This document shows, piece by piece, positions 45,670 to 62,604 of a DNA stretch of 64,000 nucleotides (positions are counted from its first letter, which is position 1; each line of letters opens with the position of its first letter). The stretch lies in NCBI RefSeq assembly GCF_009914755.1, contig NC_060925.1; one strand, written 5' to 3'. The notes beneath the pieces were generated by a model. The model saw nothing but the letters and a program-made list of their open reading frames with translations, made no database searches and was not told the origin of the DNA. The position numbers were made by a program, and so were the translations under genes. Source of the stretch: the human T2T-CHM13v2.0 reference genome, Homo sapiens.

Positions 45670-46940
45670 TATTTAATTTGAACTCAAATAAGGTAATTTA
45701 TGTACAATAACATTTACACAGGGTAAGCAGATTGATGAAACAGGTTGATGCCTTTTGGCAAAGGTATGTATTGTGTACCCACCACCTGAAAATCAAGATA
45801 CACAATTAGCTGGGCATGGTGGCATCCGCCTGTAGTCCCAAGTACTTGGAAGGCTGAGGCAGAAGAATCCCTTGAGACCAGCAGTTCAAGGCCACAGTGT
45901 GTTTGTATGATTGTGCTGGTGAATAGTCACTGCACTCCAGCCTGGGCAACATAGTGAGACGCTGTCTCTGACAAGAAATATATGTGTGTGTGTGTGTGTG
46001 TGTGTTTGCCAGTCCCCAGAAAATTCCCATGTGGCCCTTCCTTCCCTTATCATGCCTAATAACCATTAATTTGATTTCTATTACTCTAGATCAATTTTAC
46101 CTGCTCTAGAACTTTATATAAATACTCATGTTATGTACTCCTTTGTATCTGGTTTCTTTTGCTCAGCATAATAGCTGTGAGATTCATCTATGTTACTTCA
46201 TATATCAGTAACTTTTTTTTGGCCAAGAGTATTTCATTGTATGAATATATCACAATTTGGTTATCACTTTACCTGTTGAAGAACATTTGGGTAATTTGCA
46301 AATTAGAGTAATTATAAATGAAGCTGTCACAAACATTGAAGTACAGCCCTTTCATGGACAGACAGATGTTTTCATTTCTCTTCTTGTGTGTAAATACCTA
46401 GGAAGCTGAATTGCTGGCTCATAGGGTTGATGTATGTTACCTTTTCAAGAAACTGCCAAATGGTTTTCTGGAGGGGTTGCCCCATTTCATATTCACACCA
46501 GCAATGCATGAATATTCTTGTTGCTCTCCATCCCTTGCCAACCCATGTTATTGCATCTTTTCCATTTTAGCTATTCTAGTGAGTATGAAGTAGTGTTTTA
46601 CTGTGTTTTTTAAACAGCTTTATTGAGGTGTAGTTTACATACCATAAAAATTCACCATTGTAAGGGTACAGTTGAATGATATTTTTATTAAGTCTAGAGA
46701 TTTGTGTAAACATCACAACAAGCCAGTTTTTGAAAATTTCTATCACTCCAAAAAGCTTCTTCATGTCCATTTGCAATCAGTCTCTGCTCCCACTCTCAGC
46801 CCAAGGGAATCACTCATCTGCTTTCTTTCTCTATAAATTTACCTTTTCTGGATATTTCATGTAACTAGAATAATACAATAGGTAGTCTTTTGCTTCTGGC
46901 TTCTTTCACTTATCATAATATTTTTGAGGCTCATTCATGT
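45670..46940 (-). mobile_element. L1ME/L1MB 3' fragments (nested)
   Basis: ctggtttcttttgctcagcataat...gagattcatc; a second 3' end starts cagctttattgaggtgtagtttacataccataaaa (~46615). Confidence 0.75.
45808..45970 (+). mobile_element. FAM (fossil Alu monomer), followed by (TG)n
   Basis: Monomer retains the 7SL-derived gtgaatagtcactgcactccagcc segment diagnostic of FAM. Confidence 0.8.
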
Positions 46941-47221
46941 TTCGCTTATATATCAAGAACTATGGAAGGTCTGAGATTTTACCCTACTTGCAGGCTAATC
47001 AGGTAGCCTGCCACAGTTTCATGTCTACTGACAGAAACCATGAGACTCCTGCATCATGGGCAAAGGACTTCATTACTCATGGCTCAGCAGGCAGCTTTGT
47101 GTTTGTGCTGTTTCTCCATGCCCCTCAGGTCCCAGGGAGTGGTACAGGGGGCCTAGATGGATGCTGCACAGGCAGTGGACATAAACGTGTCAAAGCGAAG
47201 GGACCACAGGCTAAGGAAACC

Positions 47222-47528
<307 letters not shown>

Positions 47529-47634
47529 CTAATTTTTTATAAGAGCCTTCAAGCAAACCTACTCAACCTTTGTCTTGGAGAGGGACATTGTCTTCATTAA
47601 ACTGGATATCACACAAGCCATCTCTCTGCTTTAG

Positions 47635-48286
<652 letters not shown>

Positions 48287-48302
48287 TGAAATACATAGGC
48301 AT

Positions 48303-48862
<560 letters not shown>

Positions 48863-49076
48863 TCAGCCTAGTAGATGTGAATTGGTATCTTATCGTGATT
48901 TTCATTCACATTTCCCTAATAACTAAATGATGTTGAGTACATTTTTGTGTGCATATTCACCAGTTGTATATCTTTGGGAAAAAGTTCATTTGAATCATTT
49001 GGCCATTTTCTAATTCATTATTTTTTAATTGTTAAGTTATAAGAATTCTTTTATATTCTAGATACAAGTGCCTTAA

Positions 49077-49837
<761 letters not shown>

Positions 49838-49878
49838 TCTGCTATATTTTCTTCTAGGAGGTTTATCATTTTAGCTGT

Positions 49879-49935
49879 TACATTTAAGTCTATGATCCTA
49901 CATTTAAGTCTATGATCCTACATTTAAGTCTATGA
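49879..49935. repeat. 20-bp tandem repeat x ~2.9 (tacatttaagtctatgatcc)
   Basis: Read directly from the sequence. Confidence 0.95.
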
Positions 49936-51637
49936 GATAATCTTTGTGTATTTTATGACGGAAGTTCACTTTTCTGTATATGGGTATCTATTAATAATTG
50001 TCCCAGCACCATTGTTGGAAAGGCTACAATTTCCTCATTGAATTGTTTTGACACCTTTGTTAAAAATCAATTCCCCATAAATGTAAGGTTTATTTCTGGA
50101 CTGTCAATTCTGTTTCATTGATCTGTATGCCTGTCCTTGCGTTAATACTACACTGTCTTGACTACTGTGGCCTTATAGTAAATTTTAATATTTAGCAGTA
50201 TAAATCCCCCACCTCTGTTCTCTTTTTAAAAAATTATTTTGACTTTTCTAGGTCTTTTACATTTTCATATAAATTTTAAAATTCATTTGTGAATTAACAA
50301 AAAAAAAGCTGCTATGATTTTGATAGGGATGCATTAAATTTATAAATCAATTTGGGAAAGATTGCCATCTCGACATATTGAGTCTTTGAATATGAACATG
50401 GAATGTCTTTTCACTTATTTAGATCTTCTTTAATGTGTCTCATTTATGTTTTGTAGTTTTTAGTGTACATTTTCTACTTTTTATTAAATTTATTGCTACA
50501 TATATTTTTGGTGCTACTATAAATGAAATTGTTTTCCTAATTTTATTTTTGGATTGCTTGCTGTTAATATATAGAAGTATAATTTTTTTGTGTGTATTGT
50601 TCTTGTATCTTATAACCTCACAACCTGTTCATTAATTCCATTAGTTTTTTGTGGATTCCTTGGGATTTTCTACATACAATATTGTGTTATTAGTGAATAA
50701 AGACAGTTTTACATATTCCTGTCCAATCAGAAAGCATTTATTTATTTATTTACCTTATAGAAGGGTAAGAGTAAACATCCTTGCCTTGTTCCCGACTTAA
50801 GGGGAAAGCATTTAGTTCTTCATTATTAAGTATAATGTTAGTTGCATGAAATTACTCTCCAAGAATTTTCAGAAACACAGCAAGTAAGACTGTTCTTCTC
50901 GATGACAGTGTTCTTTGTCCCCCTAATTGGCTCAGATAAATCATAAGTACAATACTGGAACCAAATATTTTGCAAGCTGGGAAATATCAGAGGCTGGAAG
51001 GAGAAGAGAGACAGAGACAGAGATAGAGATAGAGAAAGATATAGAGATGATACAGAGAGAGAATGGTAAAGGCGTGAGTGACTCATCTAAATGACATCAG
51101 CCAAGTGGATTCTATCAATGGGTTGTAACCGAGATGGCTTGGAGGGCCCGGACAGGAAATGGTAAAAATCAAGAGAATGCCCAGTAGCTTTCTATCAGCA
51201 TGAAGGACCTTATCTCAAAATAAGAGTAAGTGCTAGCTTACTCTGAGGACTGGGAAAATAGAGGCCCCCTGAACTGGCATTATCTGTGTGGGAAATGCTG
51301 TTGGAAGGACTGGGACAGGATGTAGACATGCATTAAGGGAGGGCAAATCCCCACAGTGTGAAAGCAGAGCTTGAAATATTACATTAGCCAAGTGTACCAG
51401 CTGCCCTGCCCATTAAATATTCATGCTAAAATCCCTGTCAATCAACAGAAACAACCTTGTCCCACTCAGACCTGCTAAAGAAGAGCTGTGCAGGTTATTC
51501 AGCAAATAGTAAGGGGAAAGGGACTTGGCTTTTGTTGTCCACAGTGATGCCAAAGAAGCATTCAGTATTGAAGGTCACACTGTTCCCTTCCTTGTCTGTC
51601 TTTTGATTGAATGCTTCTGGGAGGCTGGGGAGTGTGG

Positions 51638-51823
51638 CTGTGGTTCTCAAACTTGGATGTCTGTGGGACTGAACTGTAGCCTTATGAAATGCAGATTTCT
51701 GGGCTCCCACTCTTGCTCCCACTCCTTGTCTGATTCCATAGGTGAGAGTGGGGTTAGGGGAGAGAGTGTGCATCAGGCGATTTTGATATATGTAGCCTGC
51801 AGGCCATTCCTTGAGAAACACTG
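51638..51823. mobile_element. MER5A-like hAT MITE
   Basis: gtggttctcaaacttgg...aaatgcagatttctgggctccc...ttgagaaacactg. Confidence 0.75.
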
Positions 51824-52102
51824 GGCCAGTGCAGTGGCTCACGCCTGTAATCCCAGCACTTTGGGAGGCAGAGGCGGGTGGATCAGGAGGTCAGGAGTTC
51901 AAGACCAGCCTGACCAACATGGAGAAACCCCGTCTCTACTAAAAATAGAAAAATTAGCCAGGCATGGTGGCGCGTGCCTGTAATCCCAGCTACTCAGGAG
52001 GTGAGGCAGGAGAATTGCTTGAACCCAGGAGGCGGAGGTTGAAGTGAGCCAAAATTGTGCCACTGCACTCCAGCCTGGGCGACAGAGCAAGGAAAAAAAA
52101 AA
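51824..52102 (+). mobile_element. AluSp-like
   Basis: cctgaccaacatggagaaaccc diagnostic. Confidence 0.93.
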
Positions 52103-52123
52103 GAGCGAGTTAAATGATCAATT

Positions 52124-52749
52124 TGTTACAGGAAAGGGGTCCCAATCCAGACCCCAAGAGAGGGTTCTTGGATCTAGCACAAGAAAGATCCCAAGAGAGG
52201 GTTCTTGGATCTAGCACAAGAAAGACCCCAAGAGAGGGTTCTTGGATCTAGCACAAAAAAGAATTCAGGGCGAGTCCACAGCGCAAAGTGAAAGCAAGTT
52301 TAATTAAGAAAATAAAGGAATAAAAGAATGGCTGATCCATAGAGCAGCCCCATGGGCTGCTGGTTGCCCATTTTTATGGTTATTTCTTGATGATATGCTA
52401 AACAAGGGGTGGATTATTCATGCCTCCCCTTTTTAGACCATATAGGGTAACTTCCTGACGTTGCCATGGCATTTTTGTAAACTGTCATGGCAATGGTGAA
52501 AGTATAGCAGTGAGGACTACCAGAGGTCACTGTCATCGCTATTTTGGTTTTGGTGGGTTTGGCCAGCTCCTTTACTGCAACCTGTTTTATCAACAAGGTC
52601 TTTATGACCTGTATTTTGTGTTGACCTCCTGTCTCATCCTGTGACTCAGAATGCCTTAAGTGTCTGGGAATGCAGCCCAGTAGGTTTCAGCCTCATTTTA
52701 CCCAGATCCTATTTGAGATGGAGTTGCTCTGGTTCACATCCCTCTGACA
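52124..52749 (-). mobile_element. MER41A solo LTR with a 37-bp triplication
   Basis: tgttacaggaaaggggtccc...gagatggagttgctctggttca...ctctgaca; TSD aatt (52120-52123, 52750-52753). Confidence 0.93.
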
Positions 52750-54234
52750 AATTCATAATGGCTCCAAGTTCATCAGCAGATAACTTAAACCCAGCGCCCC
52801 CTCACTTTCACTCTGCCTCTCATGACCATAGTATAAATTGGGACGTAGCAAAGAGTTAAATACCCACAAAGGGCTTTGGTTTGGCACAGAGCCTGATACA
52901 GGAAGCTGTAGCTTCCCACAGAGAGGTGGTGGCCTGACCTGTGGGGACATGGTGCAGTGATCTACTGGCCAGGTCTGCTTTGTAAAACTCTGACCGCAGG
53001 GGTCTATGTGACCTGCGTCTTTCTCTTACTTTGCCTCTGCAGTGAAGGGCCTGCAGGGAATGTCAGCGGTTCAGGATCAGTGCTGTGTGAAGGAAGGCAC
53101 ACTGACCCAGTTTCCTATTCTGCCTCTCCCTCTTGTAAGCTGAGAGGTTTTGCACATGTCAGGTCACTTCTGTCAACTTTAGTTTCCTTATGTTCCAAAA
53201 TAAGGGCAGATCAGATCTTTGTATGTGGGCAGGGTGGTTTAGCACTTTCACATATGGTCTCCCTTTTGATTCCCACAAGACTGTGGATTCCACAAAACAG
53301 GAATTCTATCTCAGTTCACAAGTGAGCAAATGGAGACTAAAATGGTGAAAGGACGTGTTCAAAGTCACAGGGCGAGTGCGGAACTCCAGCCCGACTCGTG
53401 TCCAGTGGTCTATACTACATTGCTATGCCCTCATTCTCTACCTTGAAGGCCAGCTGTGAGGATTAAAAAAGGTTATGGATGTGAAAGTTCATGGTACACT
53501 TTGAGGCACCATGCCACATCCTCGTCAGCCATAACAGGACATAAAGGTGGATGTCTATTTACGGAGAGTGACCATTTGGCTTTGGACTAACATGCCATTG
53601 TATTTTATAGAGAATACTCAACCATATGTGCTTAGCCTACTGAGAGCTCTTCAATGTATTACACGGAAAATGTATATTTTCATCATCATGTTATTATCAT
53701 CATCTTCCTTATCAGTAACAACTTCGTTTATAACATACTGGGCATACTACATACAGGGCCCTTGTAGAGTACTTTAAATATAACGTCACATTTATTCTCA
53801 ACAATGTCAAGTGAGGAATTAAAAATATCTATGAGAAAGACACTATTATTATCCTCATTATATAGGAGGAAGAGTTTAAGCATTTGGCCTCTACTCTGCC
53901 TGACTCTAGTCTTCCTGTTAATATCATCCTGCTCTATAGCTTCTGTTTAGAGGTGACATAGATAATGTAGGAATCAGGAGATATTTTTCTTCCCCTGTGA
54001 ATGTTCACGTCTAAGTCTATTGAAATGAAATGACAATAGATAGATTAATAGAAAAAAAGTGTAAGAATTTATTAATGTGGAATTTATTAAACATGCGAGT
54101 TCTGCAAATAGGAGACTCAAAGAGCCAGATGGTTGAAGCATGACTGAGGCATGTTGGCACAGCAGCACTGGGGAGTTTCGGTTGGACTAAGGAGTGTGGG
54201 GATAGGTGGGAGGAAGACAGAGAGGAGGGAAATG

Positions 54235-54465
54235 AAAGTAATATTTACTGAGTATTTCCATATTGAAGGAAGGAGCTTTCTGCGTATTCCATTATAAATA
54301 TTCACAACAACCCCATGAGAGAGATGTTGTTATTTCTATTACATAAATAAAGATACTTAGATTTAGAGAACATAAAAACTTTGTCCCAGGACAAAACATA
54401 AATAAGTAACAGGACTGGCAGTAGAATCCACACTTTGGAGTTGGCTGCAAAACCCATTGCTCTTC
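54235..54465 (-). mobile_element. MIR
   Basis: atatttactgagtattt...ttcacaacaaccccatgag...tattatttctattac-like. Confidence 0.6.
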
Positions 54466-54751
54466 CCGTAATTCCTGATACTACTATGATCTTCTCAGAT
54501 TATTCCATTAAAGGAATGCAGGGAACCCAAAATATGGCCCCCTAGTATAATGAGTATTTTCAATTAAAGGCCCTTAGAGAACAACAGATGCTGGAAGAGA
54601 CTTTTCTCCTACCTGCATAAAGACCTGACAGATCCAACAAGGAGAACAATTGTTTTTTTCTCCTCCCTTCCTGTCTCTCAATCCTCTACTTCTCCCAAAG
54701 ACAGGATGTTGTTCTCTGAAATTTCCTCATCTGCCAAAATTCAGACCTCCC

Positions 54752-55199
54752 TGTATTAGGGTTCTCTAGAAGGACAGAATTAATAGGATAGATGTACATT
54801 TAAAGAGGAGTTTATTAAGGAGTATTGATTCACGTGATCACAAGGTGAGGCCCCACAAAAGGCCATCTGCAAGCTGAGGAGCAAGGAAGCCAGTCCGAGT
54901 CCCAAAGCTGGAGAACTTGGAGTCTGATGTTTGAGGGCAGGAAGCATCCAGCACGGGAGAAAGATGTAGGCTCAGACGCCAAGCCAGTCTAATCTTTCCA
55001 TGTTCTTCTGCCTGCTTTTATTCTGGCCTCGCTGGCAGCTAATTAGATTGTGCCCACCCAGATTGAAGGTGGGTCTGCCTTTCCCAGTCCACTGACTGAA
55101 ATGTTAATCTCCTTTGGCAACACCCTCACAGACACACCCAGGAACAATACTTTGCATCCTTTAACCCAATCAAGTTGACATTCAATATTAACTGTCACA
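54752..55199 (-). mobile_element. MLT2A solo LTR
   Basis: Paralogous to 7979-8424; 5-bp TSD ctccc (54747-54751, 55200-55204). Confidence 0.93.
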
Positions 55200-55391
55200 C
55201 TCCCCAAAAGGAAAACAATTACCTCTGGTCCCTTCCCTGAGTTTCCATTAACTGAACTCATATTTCAGGAAGAATGACTGAAGTCAGTCAACACACCTGG
55301 ACAGACTTGTCACAAACCACTATTCACTCTGCAGGCCAAACCAGCTTATGCCAGGCCATTTTTATGTTCCTCAAACCCACTAAATTATCCA

Positions 55392-56294
55392 ATCACCTGA
55401 GGCTGGGAGTTCGAGACCAGCCTGGCCAACATGGCAAAACCCTGTCTCTACTAAAAATACAAATATTAGCTGAGCTGGGCATGGTGGCACTTGCCTATAC
55501 TCCCAGCTACTCGGGTTGTAACTGCCCAAGGGGTTCACCTTAGCTGAAGCCTAGGCAGAGTTTATTCATCAAGACAGGGGAATTTCAATAGAGAAAGAGT
55601 AATTCACGCAGAGCCAGCTGTGAGGGACACTGGAGTTTTATTATTACTCTCCGAGCTTTCGGGGAGCAGTGTTTTTGAGGATAACTTGGTGGGTGGGGGG
55701 AAGCCAGTGAGCCAGGAGTGCTGATTGGTCAGAGATGAAATCACAGGGAGTCAGAGCTCTCTTGTGCTCAGTCAGTTCCTGGGTGGGGGCCACAAGATCA
55801 GCTGAGCCAGTTTATTGATCTGGGTGGTGCCAGCTGATCCATCAAGTGCAGGGTCTGCAAAATATCTCAAGCACTGATCTTGGGAGCAATGTAGAGAAAG
55901 TCAGAATCTTGTATCCTCCGGCTGCATGACTCCTAAACCATAATTTCTCATCTTGTGACTAATGTTAGTCCTACAAAGGCAATCTAGTCCCCAGGCAAGA
56001 AGGAAGTCTGCTTTGGGAAAGGGCTGTTACCATCTTTGTTTAAACTATAAACTAAGTTTCTCCCAAAGTTAATTTAGCCTAGGCCCAGGAATGAACAAGG
56101 ACAGCTTGGAGGTTAGAAGCAAGATGGAGTCAATTAAGTTAGTTCTCTTTCACTGTCTCAGTCATAATTTTGCAAAGGCGGTTTCAGAGTGGCTGGGACA
56201 CAAGAATGGCTTGAACCCAGGAGGTGGAGGTTGCAATGAGCTGAGGTTGCACCTCACAGAGTGAGGCCCTGTCTCAAAAAAAAAAAAAAAAAAA
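55392..56294 (+). mobile_element. 5'-truncated Alu split by an LTR8 solo LTR
   Basis: ...cccagctactcgggt | LTR8 | gagt-ggctgggacacaagaatggcttgaacccagg...poly(A). Confidence 0.88.
55517..56186 (-). mobile_element. LTR8 solo LTR
   Basis: Reverse complement of the provirus LTRs (tgtaactgcccaag...tttgcaaaggcggtttca); TSD gggt / gagt. Confidence 0.93.
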
Positions 56295-57938
56295 TTTAAG
56301 AATTATTTACTATTCCCCTGAAATTATCCATATTTTCCTATCTCCCCCTACCCCTCTGTGAAATAAAGTTATATAAGTATTTTGACTCCATTGGTATATT
56401 GGGTAATCACTCTGTGATTCTCCTTTGAGTACACATTAATAAATTTGTATGCCTTCTCTCAAATTAGTCTGCCTTTTGTAAGTTGATTTTTTCAGTGAAC
56501 CTTCCAAGGGCAAAGGGGAAGCCCTACACCATATATCTAGACTGTCCCATATGTCTAGAATCCCCAAACTGAATTTATAGAGGCTAAATCTTACCTATGC
56601 TGGGTTTCAACTTAAAATTTCTTTTTCTTCTGTCTCCACAAAGCCCAAGGAAAGACTCTTCCTTTTGAAATGCAGGTAATTTGTGATGTTTGAGAGGCAA
56701 AGTGTATTAATAAACATGTGCGACCTAAAACCTGCAGAGATCACATGGTGGAATGAAAAGCTAGCACTTTGCTGCTGATGCCTGGGTTTCGGCCCACATT
56801 CTGCCACTAACTGGCTTTACTGAGCTTCAGCAGCTCAATGCTTTAAGCCAGTGCAGTTGGTTGAAAAGCTTTTTATGGATCTACTGTTTAATGCATTTAA
56901 TTGGGCTTTTTGATTTTATAAAGGTGGAATTTGACAGTAAAACCCATAGTGAAGGTTGATTGTGTAGCGCCTTCTATTCATCAGGAAAACTTTTTTTGCA
57001 TTCTGGGTTTGTCAGCCATTAGCCAAATGAAAATCATGGAAGAGACAGAAGATTTTAAATGAGAGAAAAGGAAGGGTGAGTCAAAAAGTAACACTAGACT
57101 GGGCTCTTGCTTTTAGCAGGTAATCCCCAATAATCCACATAAAGTAAGAATAAAACACCACAGTTATTAAATGCCCTGAGGTTCTTGCTTTTAATCCCCC
57201 TTTTCTTAAAGAGTTATCTGTTCCATATGTACAAGGCACTTCCCATCCTCCCCTGACTCTCTCTATCACCACCCTCCCCGGTGCTAGAGAGATTCGTTTA
57301 TTCAAGGATTTATTTAGTATCGATCAACAGCCCATCTGCCTTGCATAAAAAAATTAAAAAGCAAAATATGGTCCTTTTCTGTTCTTTTAACACAGGAATG
57401 TGTGCCCTTCCCCCACACTTCTCACTGATACACCTCCTTTTTCAATTATTTTGTAGGTAAAGCAAAGAAATTCCTTGCTTCAGCTATCCTCCTAAGCTTA
57501 CCAAATCTAGGCTTTGTTCCTAGGCCCCTAAAATTCACTCCTCCAGAAACTCAAGTCTTTGAGGAGCATGGTTGGCCCCTAGCTGGCATTTTGTAAATCA
57601 ATCTCTTTGAGAGCTTTACCCACCTGTGAAGTCTTTTCAAAGTCTTTATGATTCTGGATAAACACCAGGATGCAAACTCCAATAGGGGGAGTCTCAGGAA
57701 AGGTTGTTTTTCCTTTCTTTTGGGCTATTTGCATGAATCTTGGTCAAGATTTTTGCAAAGAAATGATTAAAATATGACAGCAACACTAAGTGGTGATTAG
57801 AACAAGAAAATGGACAAATGTCACGAGCATAGACTGAAGGTGAAGTCAGTGAAATTAAGTGATTTTGGTAAAACAAAAGAGCCAATTTCCACATTAAGGT
57901 CTATCTTTGCTTTTTCTAAATCAGCCACATTCAGAATA

Positions 57939-58172
57939 GCTTGCTTGCTTGCTTGCTTGCTTGCCTGCTTTCCTTCTTTCTCTTTCTTTTTTTCTTTCTC
58001 TGTCTTTCTGTCTTTCTTTCTTTCTTTCAGATGGAGTCTTGCTCTGTTGCCCAGGTTGGAGTGCAGTGGTACGATCTCGGCCTACTGCAAACTTGGCCTA
58101 GGTTCAAGCAATTCTCCTGCCTCAGCCTCCTGAGTAGCTGGGACTACAGGCACCCGCCACCACTCCCAGCCA
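57939..58172 (-). mobile_element. Alu right arm with (GCTT)n/CT-rich expanded tail
   Basis: agatggagtcttgctctgttgccc...caccactcccagcc. Confidence 0.85.
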
Positions 58173-58669
58173 ACTTAGAGTAGGTAACTTTTTAAGCTAT
58201 GTTTTTTCTCCTGCGGCATCTGAAAACCTGTAGTACTAAACTCAGATAGTTGATCACGAACAAACACCTAATCATCTGCTCTAAGAAACAGAATGCTGTT
58301 GCTTCTTGCACAATATAGTCATGCAAAAGAAAAACATTTGCCTCTTGCTAGAGATGGATTGGATGCAGTGATGGGGAGGTAGAAGGTGTGCCGCTTTGTC
58401 TTAGAACGCCCAGATATTCACAATACTTATGACTTTTAAATTAGCTGCCAAAAACTGACATGGACTTCATTTTGATCCAGGAGAAGTTAGCCATCTTCTT
58501 TTGATTACTAAGGCCTCCCCCCCAAAAAAGTTTTATGGACACCTTAGGGTTGCACATCTGTGAAAGCAGATGCAATATCAGACAGAAGGTGGTAAGGGTG
58601 GAGGCTCAGAGTGAGTGAACCTTTGGAAACATAGGAGAGAGCCAATTGGTCAGTATTTGTCTTTCAGCA

Positions 58670-58850
58670 CAGTGTTTTCAATGTCTGGCTGGCCTGGGGA
58701 CCACCTACATCAGCAATTCCCACGAGGATTGTTTAAAATGCAGATGCCCCAGATCTATTAAATCAGAGTCTCTGTGGGTGGGCTCTGGACTCTAGAGTTT
58801 AACTAACTTTTCAGATGCTTATTCTGCATGTTGGAGTTTAAAAAGCATTG
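58670..58850. mobile_element. MER5-family hAT MITE
   Basis: cagtgttttcaa...cacctacatcag...aaaatgcagatgcccc...aaatcagagtctctg. Confidence 0.65.
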
Positions 58851-58908
58851 TTTTAAAATTGGTGTAGCCAGGCTTACCTATTGCAACTTGGAATTAGAAA
58901 GAGATGAT

Positions 58909-60022
<1,114 letters not shown>

Positions 60023-60154
60023 TGATTATCCATTGTTTCTAGAAAATAAATGTACTTTTAATTGTGGCCTGTTTTATGTGGGTGCCTGATTAGCACCTAA
60101 ACAGAACCTTTGGGGCCCCATTCTGCCTGCAGAAAGTCACTACACTGAGACTTG

Positions 60155-62400
<2,246 letters not shown>

Positions 62401-62604
62401 TTATCTCCTTTTTCTATACTATACACTGTAAAGGAGTAGTTTCCAGACTGTTTTGTTGTTTTGTAAATCAGTAAAAGAGCAAAATAAATAAAAACCAAAA
62501 ACATTTTGGTGATCAACTTAGGGCCACTTACTTTTCTTTTTCCAAGTAATATTGAAAAATAATAACTATCCCATGGCAGTAGTAAGTTCTTACTTTTCAA
62601 TAAT

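Larger units (their letters stand above)
54508..56528 (+). mobile_element. MER34/MER39/MER92-group ERV1 LTR hosting MLT2A, an Alu and LTR8
   Basis: cccaaaatatggccccctagtataatgagtatttt...; ends aataaatttgtatgcc...ttcagtgaaccttccaagggcaaagggg...ccctaca. Confidence 0.7.

Noticed and set aside
52149-52262. 37-bp repeats as a CRISPR-like array
   Set aside because: Contiguous tandem units with no spacers, inside a primate LTR, with no cas genes.
52380-52470. Interferon-inducible MER41B-type enhancer
   Set aside because: The tandem TTCCNGGAA segment is absent; the sequence is MER41A type.
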